64,000 nucleotides of DNA from Bacteroidales bacterium (GCA_016293065.1 JAEDEY010000001.1:7156-71155), one strand, 5' to 3'; counted from the stretch's first letter, positions 34,272 to 44,349 are shown. Notes: generated by a model from the sequence alone, not told the origin. Translations and numbers: made by a program.

Positions 34272-37200
34272 TTATTTTTTTTCAATTTTTTTCTTATTTT
34301 CTGTCATTTTTTTCCAAAACAACAGTTCTTTTATTGTTTTGAAATCTTTTCGCACGATGAATCCTATGCCTTGTGTAGTCAAGGCATTGTTGATCGAGTA
34401 GTCTCGTTCGTTGTAATGGCTGTATGCTTTGGCACGCAGCGAACCGCTGGTATTGATTAGGAATTCGACATCGAAATCTCCGATAAACGAATTGGTATTG
34501 TTATGGAGACCCACACGGTTGGCAGGGTCGCGATAGCCGAGATTGCCATTCAGAATTAGTCGGTCGCCCCATAGGCGTGTCGATAGTGACAGATCCATCT
34601 CCATATCGGAGAAGTCACCCTTGTCGGAACGGAAGTTTGTGCCGAGGGTGAAGTTGTCGCTCACATGTCCGAGGAGATTGTTGAGCTGAGAGGTAAGCGA
34701 AGAACTGGCGAACGATGACAACTGCGAACCCGCATTGTTCTGTGAAGCCGTTGCATATTCAGGCGTATAGAATCGGTTGAAGAGCAGCAGATATAATACC
34801 TCGCGGTTGAGCATCTCTTGCGTGCCTATGAGATTATGCACCAGAGCCTGCACATCATCGCTTGTGTTCTTTACTTCGATGTCGAATTCAATCTGTGGCG
34901 AAGAGAGCTGTCCGGTGACAGCCAGCTTGCAATCAACTGGGAGGGTCGTTCGGTTCATGCTTGCCATAGTCGCAAAGCTTTCGTCAAGATCGCGCAGGTT
35001 GACCGATGGGATGCCATAGACGGCATTGATGTTCAGTTCTGCATTGCTGAAGTTTCCGGGGAAAGTAACTCGACTGCCATTCTGTATCTTGAACTCCTTG
35101 TTCATCAAGTCTCCTCTCATTGTGATGAGATAGTTGCCTGAAGTGATGTTGTATTCTCCTCCGATGGTGATGTCATGTCGAGGGTCATAGTGGAGCGAGA
35201 TATTGCCTGTGCCTCGGCAGATGAGTCGGTCTTCTGCCAATGGATCCATCTGCACATACACCTGACAGTTTTCGGTAGCTTGTGCCTGAAGCGACAATTC
35301 TATATATGTGTCGTTGTCGGTATGATTGTCGAAAATGGCATTGACATCTGTATAGTCAAGACTCTCAGACTGTTCGAATGCCTTTTTATCGCGGAAAGTA
35401 AGGAAGTTATATCCATTGTCGGAATAGTGTTCTTCTCCAGGGGAGAGGTTGAAATACGACTTCTTCTCGGTACGCACACCCACATCTACGCGATGTTTGC
35501 CGTCGCCACCTCGCAACATAACTGTGCCTGAGGTATAGAGTTGTCCCCAATAAGTCTCATTATTGAAATGTGTTGGCTTATCAAAAAGCAGGAAGCCATT
35601 GCTACTGCTTGGCATATCTATTTGAACGTCATAGTTATACTTGAGCAGATATTTATGCTTTATTGAAGCATTTACATTGGCCATCTGCCCGAATTTGTCA
35701 TATATCTTGACATTGTTCATTGATATGTGTCCATTTTCGAGCGATTCGTCGGCTGTGAGCATGAGACTGTCGCGCAGGTTAAATCGAGAGCCGACCAGAT
35801 TATTGGTGAAAGAGGCGTCGAGATAAGGATTGCCCACGAGGTTCAAGCGGCGTGCAGGTCCAAAGAGACGCAGCTGACCGGTCATATTACCTCTGAAATC
35901 ATGCAAGAATCGATTTAGCCAGTGGCTCAAGAAGTCGATACGCATGGTATTAGCGTCAAAGGTCAGGTCAAGCGAATCGATTTTTCCCCTTTTGACATAA
36001 CCAGATATCCGCGAATGGTCTTCTCGATTGGCAGAAATGATATCTGCATCGAGTTCGATTAAGTCGCTTTTCAGATCATAGAATGCTTCAAGATGAGTAT
36101 CGCCGATGACGCCAGATAGATAGCTGAAATCTTTTATGAATAGTTGATTAGTCTTGACATGAGCAACGCTGTCGGTCGAATAGACAATATCGCCTGTGCC
36201 GATTCCTCCAAATCGAAGATAGGTCTTGCCAAGCATATTAAACAGAGAGTCAAGTTCAAGATTCTCAATATGCAGCAGCAGATTATTATTACCTTCGGTA
36301 GATAATGTTCCCTCGGCATTGATTCGCTGTTCGTTGCAGCATAAATCAAACTTCTGGAGGTCGTAGGTATTATTATCGATCTTGGCAATCTTGATGCCAT
36401 TGCATTCTATCAGCGAATCGTTGAGCTGGAACAGGCATGGCTTGACATCGATTGTCAAGGGCGACTGAGTGGAAGAGGCTTTGAGCAGAGTCGAGAATCG
36501 AGCCTTTGGAGAAATGAAGTCGAAACTGAGATTGTGTTTCAGATAGTCGCTTTCGGCTTCGGTAGTTAGCATTGTTTTTATTCTGTTGCCCGAATAATCA
36601 GCCTCTGCAATATTGATATAGGCATTTCTAATATGCTTATCCTCATTCAGTTCAACCACAAAATCCGACTCTTGTAATATCGCTATTGGCAATGACAATA
36701 TCTCCGACAGTTGCTTTTCTTCATTGACAAAACCTTTGATGATCGCAGACGAATTTTCTTCGACGTATGTCACATCAAACAATGACGACTTGATGTTGGC
36801 TGTGTAAATGCTTTCTTCTTTTGTCGCATTAGCTGACAGGACTGGTATCATAAGTTTGTTCTCGCTCTTGTTCAGCAGAAGAGAATCGAGAGTTATGGAG
36901 CCCCAAAACTTATTGTTATCGACTAAATGAACATCGGCAGTGATTGTCGAGATAATAAAATTCACATTGTCGAAGTTACTCAGTTTGGTGAGATTCAAGG
37001 TATAAGGTGAAAAATTGGCAACATGAGCTTTCAGTCGAGCAGTCTTGTCGGGATGAAAGCAATCCACTTGACCCTGAACATCCACGTTGCAAGAAGCATC
37101 GTCAACAGTCAGATGTCCTGTAAATCCTTTCTCGGTGAATTGTCCATCCACTGTGAGAAGATCATAGTTGTGGTCTTTATATAGCAGATTTGAGATACTT

Positions 37201-38357
37201 GCATCTATATTGCAATCATACGGATTGTCGCTTTTGTATGAGCCTTGCGCTTTGGTGTCCAATATAGTCTTGCCCGATGTATTCAGAAACAAGGCATAGT
37301 CAAAGGCTTCGATGTCGCCCTCTGCCTTGGCATTGAAAGTCATATCATCGATCTGGCAGAGTTGCGTCGAAGCCAAGTCAGGGAGTTGGTCAATGTGCTT
37401 CAACAAGAGGTATTGCAGTCCATCGGTAGAAACATATCCTTCGCTGAGATTAACTTCGAACGACATAGGATGATGTTTTGATAAAGCATCTGCCAAAGAG
37501 CCTTCTGCCTTGATGTTCAGCATTGTTGGTACATTAACAACAAGGTGCTCAATGTCGGCGTTGACTTGTTGGTTGGAATATGTAGCCTTGCCGCTAAGAT
37601 TTATGTCGGCAAGATATTGGTGGTCTATTGTCTGCTGGCATTCAACAGTTAGGCCGTCCAGGGTGAGTTGTTCCTGTTGGGAGTCGAGAGAAAGCTGAGC
37701 CGACAATTTCTTTACGCTCAGTCCTGACTCTTCTTCGAAGGCAAGTCTCTTGATCTTGACATTCAGACCCTCATGCTTCGAACTCGATATCTTCAAATTC
37801 GAACTAATGTTGTTTAACTGTAGGTGGTTTGGGTCAATGATATATTTGTTTTGAGGCTTATGATAATTGTCAAACGACACCGAACCATTGCGCATCAGGA
37901 TAGAGTTTATGCTGATGGCATCGAGTCTGCTATTGTCGCTTTCTGAATTGGCGAGCAGATCGATGATGAATTTATAGTTTGGGGCAGAGATAGAGTCTTT
38001 TTGCGAGAGATTAATATCAAAGTCGATGAATTGAATTGAGTATATCTCCAGTCTCCTTTTCAAAAGTGGAAGAAGGTTGAACGATACCTTAGCTCGTCGG
38101 GCAAAGAGAAGTGTGTCTGCATCGAGGTCTTTGACAAGGAGTTGTTCGAGCACTATCTGGTTGAAGACATCCACTTCGGCATTATCCACTTGCACCTCTG
38201 TGCCAAGATAATTCGACAAATCTTCTGACAAGACGTTTTTGACTAAGTATCCACTTAGGTTGTAATGTGCCGCAACATACAGACATACGAAAACTAGCGA
38301 CACAATGACTGCTATTGTGCGCAACGAGTTTTTGAATATCGATATTAGCGAACGCAT
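34272..38357 (-). CDS. tamB: Translocation and assembly module protein TamB (DUF490/AsmA-like)
   Basis: 1361 aa with an N-terminal membrane anchor 'TIAVIVSLVFVCLYVAA', a long beta-rich repetitive body, and a C-terminal DUF490-like region ('LSLSTRLWGDRLILNGNLGYR'). Confidence 0.8.
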   Translation of the reverse strand: MRSLISIFKNSLRTIAVIVSLVFVCLYVAAHYNLSGYLVKNVLSEDLSNYLGTEVQVDNAEVDVFNQIVLEQLLVKDLDADTLLFARRAKVSFNLLPLLKRRLEIYSIQFIDFDINLSQKDSISAPNYKFIIDLLANSESDNSRLDAISINSILMRNGSVSFDNYHKPQNKYIIDPNHLQLNNISSNLKISSSKHEGLNVKIKRLAFEEESGLSVKKLSAQLSLDSQQEQLTLDGLTVECQQTIDHQYLADINLSGKATYSNQQVNADIEHLVVNVPTMLNIKAEGSLADALSKHHPMSFEVNLSEGYVSTDGLQYLLLKHIDQLPDLASTQLCQIDDMTFNAKAEGDIEAFDYALFLNTSGKTILDTKAQGSYKSDNPYDCNIDASISNLLYKDHNYDLLTVDGQFTEKGFTGHLTVDDASCNVDVQGQVDCFHPDKTARLKAHVANFSPYTLNLTKLSNFDNVNFIISTITADVHLVDNNKFWGSITLDSLLLNKSENKLMIPVLSANATKEESIYTANIKSSLFDVTYVEENSSAIIKGFVNEEKQLSEILSLPIAILQESDFVVELNEDKHIRNAYINIAEADYSGNRIKTMLTTEAESDYLKHNLSFDFISPKARFSTLLKASSTQSPLTIDVKPCLFQLNDSLIECNGIKIAKIDNNTYDLQKFDLCCNEQRINAEGTLSTEGNNNLLLHIENLELDSLFNMLGKTYLRFGGIGTGDIVYSTDSVAHVKTNQLFIKDFSYLSGVIGDTHLEAFYDLKSDLIELDADIISANREDHSRISGYVKRGKIDSLDLTFDANTMRIDFLSHWLNRFLHDFRGNMTGQLRLFGPARRLNLVGNPYLDASFTNNLVGSRFNLRDSLMLTADESLENGHISMNNVKIYDKFGQMANVNASIKHKYLLKYNYDVQIDMPSSSNGFLLFDKPTHFNNETYWGQLYTSGTVMLRGGDGKHRVDVGVRTEKKSYFNLSPGEEHYSDNGYNFLTFRDKKAFEQSESLDYTDVNAIFDNHTDNDTYIELSLQAQATENCQVYVQMDPLAEDRLICRGTGNISLHYDPRHDITIGGEYNITSGNYLITMRGDLMNKEFKIQNGSRVTFPGNFSNAELNINAVYGIPSVNLRDLDESFATMASMNRTTLPVDCKLAVTGQLSSPQIEFDIEVKNTSDDVQALVHNLIGTQEMLNREVLYLLLFNRFYTPEYATASQNNAGSQLSSFASSSLTSQLNNLLGHVSDNFTLGTNFRSDKGDFSDMEMDLSLSTRLWGDRLILNGNLGYRDPANRVGLHNNTNSFIGDFDVEFLINTSGSLRAKAYSHYNERDYSINNALTTQGIGFIVRKDFKTIKELLFWKKMTENKKKIEKK

Positions 38358-38359
38358 AT

Positions 38360-39520
38360 TTATTCTTTATAAATTAGATATTTCTGTCGCTTTTGACGAT
38401 AGGCTGCAAGGTCTTCCTGCCAAGAGCTTCGGATTTCTGTCTGACTCTTTCCTTCGGTGATCAGTTTTCTCAGTTGGTCGGTTCCTGCCAGACGGTCGAA
38501 GAAACTCACCGATGTGATGAAGCCATTGCCCAATTGACGATGTGCATTGAGCAGATAGTCGAGACGAAAACCCGACAATCGTCCGATGTTCTTCAGATTT
38601 TCTCCATAGCAAGTCTTGCCATTTTGCAGTGGATACTCATTCGATGCCGAAGGGCGTGGAGTGAAGCAATAATCGCCCTTCATGTCAGGATGTCCATATA
38701 TCTCAAATGGCCGACCAGTGCCTCTGCCCACACTCACTTGTGTTCCCTCGAACAAGCATAGACTCGGATACAGATTGATGGCATGAGCATTTGGCAGGTT
38801 AGGAGAAGGTGCTATCGGACAAGCGTATTCCTGTCCATGGCTCCATCCGCTGCATGGAACGACAATCAAAGGCTTGGCGATGGCAGCCCATTCTTCACCA
38901 ACTATCATCTGTGCCAGTTCTCCAAGTGTGCAGCCATGAAGCAAAGGAATGGGGATTACGCCAACAAACGAACTGTATTTCATGTCAAGCACTGGGCCAT
39001 CAATGGTGTCGTTGGGATTTGGCCGGTCGAGTATCATCAGCTGCTTGTCACACTCACTACATGCCTCGATCACGTTCTTCATGGTCGAGAGATAGGTGTA
39101 GAAACGCGCACCTACATCCTGAATGTCAAACACCACTATGTCAAGGTCCTGCAGCCACTCTGGCTGAGGCTTCCTTGTCTTGCCATAGAGGGAATATATC
39201 TTCAGTCCGGTCTTGGCATCATCGGAGGTCGAGATATGCTCTCCAGCACCTGCTGCACCATAATAGCCATGTTCGGGAGCCATAATGCAGCGCACATCTA
39301 CACCTCTGTGCAGTAGCGAATCGGGGAGAAGCACAAGAACACCATCGGGCGAGGCAATGACGCTGGTCTGATTGACCACCAGCCCAACGCGCTTACCTTC
39401 GAGAATGGGCAGATATTCTTCAAGCCTGTCAGCGCCAGTGCGCACGGTTTGCCCACTCATTCCAAGGGGAATGAAGGCAAACATAAGGAAAAACGAACAA
39501 AAAATTGAAATATTTTTCAT
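38360..39520 (-). CDS. DUF1343 family protein (NamZ-like exo-beta-N-acetylmuramidase)
   Basis: Signal peptide, then 'GKRVGLVVNQTSV'. 386 aa, typical of DUF1343. Its stop lies 2 nt before the tamB start. Confidence 0.75.
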   Translation of the reverse strand: MKNISIFCSFFLMFAFIPLGMSGQTVRTGADRLEEYLPILEGKRVGLVVNQTSVIASPDGVLVLLPDSLLHRGVDVRCIMAPEHGYYGAAGAGEHISTSDDAKTGLKIYSLYGKTRKPQPEWLQDLDIVVFDIQDVGARFYTYLSTMKNVIEACSECDKQLMILDRPNPNDTIDGPVLDMKYSSFVGVIPIPLLHGCTLGELAQMIVGEEWAAIAKPLIVVPCSGWSHGQEYACPIAPSPNLPNAHAINLYPSLCLFEGTQVSVGRGTGRPFEIYGHPDMKGDYCFTPRPSASNEYPLQNGKTCYGENLKNIGRLSGFRLDYLLNAHRQLGNGFITSVSFFDRLAGTDQLRKLITEGKSQTEIRSSWQEDLAAYRQKRQKYLIYKE

Positions 39521-39548
39521 TTATTGTGTATGTCAAAAATAAAAGTGC

Positions 39549-39556
39549 TATTTTTG
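39549..39556 (+). promoter_or_regulatory. -7 box TATTTTTG upstream of the HD-domain gene
   Basis: TAnnTTTG match 53 nt upstream of ATG 39609. Confidence 0.5.
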
Positions 39557-39562
39557 CAAGCG

Positions 39563-39570
39563 CAAATATA
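39563..39570 (-). promoter_or_regulatory. -7 box TATATTTG(CGC) on the minus strand upstream of the DUF1343-tamB pair
   Basis: The plus strand reads GCGCAAATATA, 43 nt upstream of start 39520, back-to-back with the plus-strand box. Confidence 0.5.
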
Positions 39571-39608
39571 ATTCAAATTATCGAATTGACAAATTATTCA
39601 TCGCAAAA

Positions 39609-40175
39609 ATGATAAATGCACTGCAAATCATCGATTATTTCTATCCAGAAGAATCGTCTTTGAAGACATTATTGCTCAGACATAGCAATCAAGTCAAGGA
39701 CAAAGCTCTCGATATTTTAAGCCACATTCCTGAATTATCAGCCAAAATGAATATTGAAACCGTAGTCAATGGAGCCCTTTTGCATGATGTGGGCATAAGG
39801 GAATGTAATGCTCCTGACATCCATTGTCACGGCACAAGACACTACATAGCCCATGGAACGATAGGTGCAGAGATGCTGAGAGATTATGGTCGGAACCACT
39901 GCCTGGACCTTGAAGCTATTGCGCGAATTTGCGAACGGCATACCGGTTGTGGTCTCACCGCTGCAGAGATTCGTCAGCAACGTCTCCCTATCCCCGAACG
40001 AGACTTTCTGCCCTTAACTCTTGAAGAGAAAATCGTGTGTCTTGCCGATAAGTTCTTCTCGAAATCGGGTAGTATGAAGGAAAAAGACATCGAGAAAGTT
40101 CGTAAGTCTATGATGAAACATGGAACTGCCACAATGGAACGTTTTGATGCAATGTGCGCACTTTTTCACATTTAA
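39609..40175 (+). CDS. HD-domain phosphohydrolase
   Basis: 'ALLHDVGI' provides the HD dyad, with additional His residues ('HCHGTRHYIAHG'). 188 aa. Confidence 0.7.
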   Translation: MINALQIIDYFYPEESSLKTLLLRHSNQVKDKALDILSHIPELSAKMNIETVVNGALLHDVGIRECNAPDIHCHGTRHYIAHGTIGAEMLRDYGRNHCLDLEAIARICERHTGCGLTAAEIRQQRLPIPERDFLPLTLEEKIVCLADKFFSKSGSMKEKDIEKVRKSMMKHGTATMERFDAMCALFHI

Positions 40176-40200
40176 TATTTGCTTATTTATTTAAATGTAT

Positions 40201-40208
40201 TAATTTTG
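40201..40208 (+). promoter_or_regulatory. -7 box TAATTTTG (followed by CGCG) upstream of dnaJ
   Basis: TAnnTTTG match 16 nt upstream of ATG 40224. Confidence 0.45.
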
Positions 40209-40223
40209 CGCGTGTCAAAAAGT

Positions 40224-41345
40224 ATGAAAATGGAAAAACAAGATTATTATGAGGTATTGGGCGTGAACAAAAACGCCACTGACGACGAAATTAAAAAAGC
40301 ATATCGAAGACTGGCTGTCAAATATCATCCTGACAAAAATCCTGGTGACAAGACAGCTGAGGAGATGTTCAAGAAGGTCGCTGAGGCATACGAGGTGTTG
40401 AGCGACCCGCAGAGAAGACAGAACTACGACCAGTTTGGTTTCGATGGCCCTCAAGCGAGTGGCTTTGGGGGAGGTGGATTCAATCCTTTCGACATCTTCA
40501 ACTCCTTCTTTGGTGGAAGTGGCGGCTTTTCGGGATTTGACGACGAAGGACCTCATTCGCGAGGAACGAATATCCGCGTGAGGGTGAAAGTCTCTCTTCA
40601 GGATATTGCCAATGGCGTAGAGAAACATATCAAGATCAAGAAATATGTAGAGTGTGAACACTGTCATGGCACTGGCGCCAAGGATGGAACTGCCTATGAG
40701 ACTTGCGGCAAGTGCAAGGGACGCGGTCGAGTGATTCAGACAGTCAATAGCCTCTTCGGGAGAATGCAGACCGAGTCGGTTTGTCCTGACTGCCACGGCA
40801 CTGGAAAGAAGATTAAGACCCGCTGCTCGCATTGCAATGGTCAAGGCGTTGTGATGGGCGAGGAGGTGATAGATGTTAAGATACCTGCAGGCGTTGCCGA
40901 GGGTATGCAGCTGTCGATGTCGGGCTATGGCAATGCCGCTCCTAACGGCGGACGACCAGGCGACCTCTTCATACTGATTGATGAGGAAAAGCAGGAAAAG
41001 TTCATCCGTGCCGATAACAACCTCATCTACAACCTGCTCCTTGATTTCCCTACTGCCGCACTCGGAGGAGAGGTAGAGGTGCCTCTCGTCGAAGGAACAG
41101 AGAAGGTGAAGATTCCTGCAGGAACACAGCCTAACACTCAGATACGTTTGGCAGGCAAGGGCTTGCCTACTGTCAACCGCTATGGCAAGGGCGATATCAT
41201 CATCAACATCTCGGTCTATGTGCCTGAGTCGCTCGACAATGACGAGAAGAAAATTATCGAGAGTCTTCGCGACCGTAAGAACTTCGGAGCCAACAAGTCG
41301 GCATTCGAAAAGTTCATCAACAAGATCAAGAATAGTTTCTCTTAA
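40224..41345 (+). CDS. dnaJ: Molecular chaperone DnaJ
   Basis: J domain 'DYYEVLGV...[10 protein letters not shown]', a G/F-rich linker, and four CxxCxGxG motifs ([32 protein letters not shown]). The start could be ATG 40224 or 40230. Confidence 0.95.
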   Translation: MKMEKQDYYEVLGVNKNATDDEIKKAYRRLAVKYHPDKNPGDKTAEEMFKKVAEAYEVLSDPQRRQNYDQFGFDGPQASGFGGGGFNPFDIFNSFFGGSGGFSGFDDEGPHSRGTNIRVRVKVSLQDIANGVEKHIKIKKYVECEHCHGTGAKDGTAYETCGKCKGRGRVIQTVNSLFGRMQTESVCPDCHGTGKKIKTRCSHCNGQGVVMGEEVIDVKIPAGVAEGMQLSMSGYGNAAPNGGRPGDLFILIDEEKQEKFIRADNNLIYNLLLDFPTAALGGEVEVPLVEGTEKVKIPAGTQPNTQIRLAGKGLPTVNRYGKGDIIINISVYVPESLDNDEKKIIESLRDRKNFGANKSAFEKFINKIKNSFS

Positions 41346-41384
41346 TATATTATCAGGAACTATTGGGACTTATAGCTTAGCTTA

Positions 41385-41416
41385 GGGTGTTATCTTCCGC
41401 TAACTCCTTTTATCTC
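41385..41416. repeat. Intergenic repeat unit (inverted orientation): GGGTGTTATCTTCCGCTAACTCC plus TTTTATCTC
   Basis: The reverse complement reads GAGATAAAAGGAGTTAGCGGAAGATAACACCC, matching the words at 17755 and 44351-44370. Confidence 0.6.
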
Positions 41417-41438
41417 TTACAAAATTAACAATACTATT

Positions 41439-42956
41439 ATGCTAAAGAAATTACGAGTAGCATTAGCCTCTGTCTTTCTTTTGGGACTGACTTGGCTGTT
41501 TCTTGACTTCACCGGCACGGCACAGTTGTGGTTCGGATGGATGGCAAAGCTGCAGTTCCTGCCAGCTGTATTGGCTGTCAATGTGGGAGTAGTGGTGCTC
41601 CTTGTCGCACTAACCATTATCTTTGGACGTATCTACTGTAGTGTGATATGTCCATTGGGAGTGTTTCAGGACATCGTCTCATGGATAAGTGCGAAGGCCC
41701 ACACCAAGCAGAAAGCCGGACGCTTCAATTATAGTCCTAATCACAAGATCCTCCGCATCTCGGTGCTGGTGGTCTTCGTCATCGCTCTTCTTGCAGGTGC
41801 CGGCTCGTTTGTCCAGATTCTTGCCCCATACAGTGCATTTGGCCGAATGGTGACGATGCTCCTTCAGCCTCTCTATATGCTGGCCAACAATTTCTTTGCC
41901 TATCTTGCTGAACGATACGACAGCTATGCTTTCTATAGTGTCAATGTCTGGATGCGCTCACTTCCAGTGCTCATCATCGCCAGCGTAACCTTCGTAGTGC
42001 TAGTGATTTTGGCGTGGATGCACGGTCGTACCTATTGCAACAACATTTGTCCTGTGGGCACCGTGCTCGGAGCATTGTCTCACCGCTCGCTCTTTGGCAT
42101 ACGCATTGACGAGACCAAGTGCAACGGCTGCAGCCTTTGTTCGCGCAACTGCAAGGCTGCTGCCATTGACTTCAAGAACCATAAGGTCGATCTCTCTCGC
42201 TGTGTCGATTGCTTCGACTGCATCGAAAAGTGCAAGAAACAGGCAATCACTTATAGCCTTGCGAAGAAACCATCGGGCAATGTGACATCATCTGCTAAAG
42301 ATATCAAGCAGCCGACTCGTCGTGCCTTCCTTACAGCCACAGCAGCTGTAACCGTAGGTGCAGCTCTCAAGGCTCAGGAGAAGACCACAGATGGCGGATT
42401 TGCTGCCATCCTCGACAAGGAGGTCATCAAGCGTCAGACCAAGATCGTTCCTCCAGGAGCCATCTCTCTCCGCAATATGGCACAGCATTGCACAGGCTGT
42501 CAGCTCTGTGTCTCAGAATGTCCAAATGGAGTGCTCCGTCCTTCTGGCGGGCTCCTCGACATGATGCAGCCAGTGGCATCCTACGAACGAGGCTACTGCC
42601 GTCCTGAATGCACCCGTTGCTCGGATGTGTGCCCTGCTGGCGCGATCAAGCCTTTCGCTGCCGATCATGAGGAAGCCAAGGCCATCAAGGCAAGCACCAA
42701 GATTGGACGTGCTGTCTGGGTAGAGAAGAACTGCATCCCACTCACCGATGGCAAGAACTGTGGAAACTGCGCTCGTCATTGTCCTTCTGGTGCCATCACC
42801 ATGGTTCCTTCCGACCCTAATAATCCGAAATCGCTCAAGATTCCTGTGGTCAATGATGAGCAATGCATAGGCTGTGGCGCATGCGAGAACCTCTGTCCTG
42901 CACGCCCATTCTCAGCCATCTATGTCGAAGGTATTGAAGTTCACCGTACACTTTAA
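41439..42956 (+). CDS. Membrane-bound polyferredoxin: NapH-like polytopic domain fused to a NapG-like multi-[4Fe-4S] domain
   Basis: N-terminal TM helices with two CX3CP motifs ('CSVICPLG', 'CNNICPVG'). Cluster motifs 'CNGCSLCSRNC' and 'CVDCFDCIEKC'. Internal 'QPTRRAFLTATAAVTVGAAL'. Then 'CTGCQLCVSECP', 'CTRCSDVCP', 'CGNCARHCP' and 'CIGCGACENLCP'. Confidence 0.75.
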   Translation: MLKKLRVALASVFLLGLTWLFLDFTGTAQLWFGWMAKLQFLPAVLAVNVGVVVLLVALTIIFGRIYCSVICPLGVFQDIVSWISAKAHTKQKAGRFNYSPNHKILRISVLVVFVIALLAGAGSFVQILAPYSAFGRMVTMLLQPLYMLANNFFAYLAERYDSYAFYSVNVWMRSLPVLIIASVTFVVLVILAWMHGRTYCNNICPVGTVLGALSHRSLFGIRIDETKCNGCSLCSRNCKAAAIDFKNHKVDLSRCVDCFDCIEKCKKQAITYSLAKKPSGNVTSSAKDIKQPTRRAFLTATAAVTVGAALKAQEKTTDGGFAAILDKEVIKRQTKIVPPGAISLRNMAQHCTGCQLCVSECPNGVLRPSGGLLDMMQPVASYERGYCRPECTRCSDVCPAGAIKPFAADHEEAKAIKASTKIGRAVWVEKNCIPLTDGKNCGNCARHCPSGAITMVPSDPNNPKSLKIPVVNDEQCIGCGACENLCPARPFSAIYVEGIEVHRTL

Positions 42957-42958
42957 AT

Positions 42959-44341
42959 ATGAATATTATGGAAAAGAACATTGACAGACGTGAGTTTTTG
43001 AAGCGTATGGGAGCTGGAGCTGCTGTGATAGGTGCGACTTCGGCATTGAATAGCTGCTCTGGTGGTGCAGGCTATGCTATGATCGAAAACATCGATCCCG
43101 CTGGTTCGGGTACCAAGCCAATCGGTGATATGACCTACCGTATCAATCATGAATGTGGCGACAAGGTCTCTATCCTTGGTTATGGTTGTATGCGTTGGCC
43201 AAATGACCCAAAGACAGGCGTGATTGATCAGGAGACTGTGAACCGTCTCGTAGATACTGCCATCGAACATGGCGTGAACTATTTCGACACGAGTCCTGCC
43301 TATCTTCGCGGACTTTCTGAACGTTCTACAGGCATCGCACTCAAGCGTCATCCTCGCGACAAGTATTTCATCGCTACCAAGCTGTCGAACTTCGCAGAAC
43401 AGCAGAAGAGCCGTGAGGCATCGATTGCCTTGTACAATAAGTCATTTACCGAACTTCAGGTCGATTATATCGACTATATGCTTCTCCACAGCATCGGAGG
43501 CAGCATGGAGGACTTCAACAAGCGATATATCCGCAACGGCATTCTCGATTTCCTTGTCGGAGAGAAGAAGAAAGGCAAGATCCGCAACCTCGGCTTCTCT
43601 TATCATGGCGACAACATGGTGTTCGACCATGTGATGAAGATGCACGATGAGGGACAGTATCACTGGGACTTCGTTCAGATCCAGATGAACTATGTCGATT
43701 GGATCACTGGCAACTGCCGCTATCTCTATGAGGAGCTTACCAAGCGCAATATCCCTATCATCATCATGGAGCCATTGCTTGGTGGACGACTCTCGAAACT
43801 GCCCAACCATGTGATTGCCCATTTCAAGCAGCGCCGTCCCAACGACAGTGCGGCATCGTGGGCTTTCCGTTTCCTCGGCACATATCCTAACATCCTCACC
43901 GTGCTTTCGGGCATGACATATATGGAGCACCTCGAAGACAATCTTCGCACCTATTGTCCGCTCGAACCTTTGACCGACGGGGATATGAAGTATCTTGAAG
44001 AGGCAGCACATCTCATCTTGAAGTACCCTACCATACCGTGCAATGACTGCAAGTACTGCATGCCTTGCCCTTATGGTCTCGACATCCCTGGCATTCTCCT
44101 GCATTATAACAAGTTTGTCAACGAGGGCACAATGCCAAACGAACAGGGTGATGAGAACTACAAGCGGCTCCGTCGCAATTACCTTATCAGCTACAACCGT
44201 ACCATCCCTGCGTTGCGTCAGGCCGACCATTGCATCCATTGTAATGCTTGCCTTTCGCATTGTCCGCAGAAGATCAATATCCCTCAGGAGCTCGAAAAGA
44301 TAGGCAACTTCATCGAACAGCTCAAGAGGGAAGGAAGATGA
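42959..44341 (+). CDS. Tat-signal (lipo)protein aldo/keto reductase with C-terminal 4Fe-4S ferredoxin domain
   Basis: N-terminus 'DRREFLKRMGAGAAVIGATSALNSC' (twin-arginine motif plus a lipobox-like Cys). AKR core ('YFDTSPAY', 'ATKL', 'DYIDYMLLH', 'GFSYHG'). C-terminal 'CNDCKYCMPCP' and 'CIHCNACLSHCP'. Confidence 0.75.
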   Translation: MNIMEKNIDRREFLKRMGAGAAVIGATSALNSCSGGAGYAMIENIDPAGSGTKPIGDMTYRINHECGDKVSILGYGCMRWPNDPKTGVIDQETVNRLVDTAIEHGVNYFDTSPAYLRGLSERSTGIALKRHPRDKYFIATKLSNFAEQQKSREASIALYNKSFTELQVDYIDYMLLHSIGGSMEDFNKRYIRNGILDFLVGEKKKGKIRNLGFSYHGDNMVFDHVMKMHDEGQYHWDFVQIQMNYVDWITGNCRYLYEELTKRNIPIIIMEPLLGGRLSKLPNHVIAHFKQRRPNDSAASWAFRFLGTYPNILTVLSGMTYMEHLEDNLRTYCPLEPLTDGDMKYLEEAAHLILKYPTIPCNDCKYCMPCPYGLDIPGILLHYNKFVNEGTMPNEQGDENYKRLRRNYLISYNRTIPALRQADHCIHCNACLSHCPQKINIPQELEKIGNFIEQLKREGR

Positions 44342-44349
44342 TTATTTAT

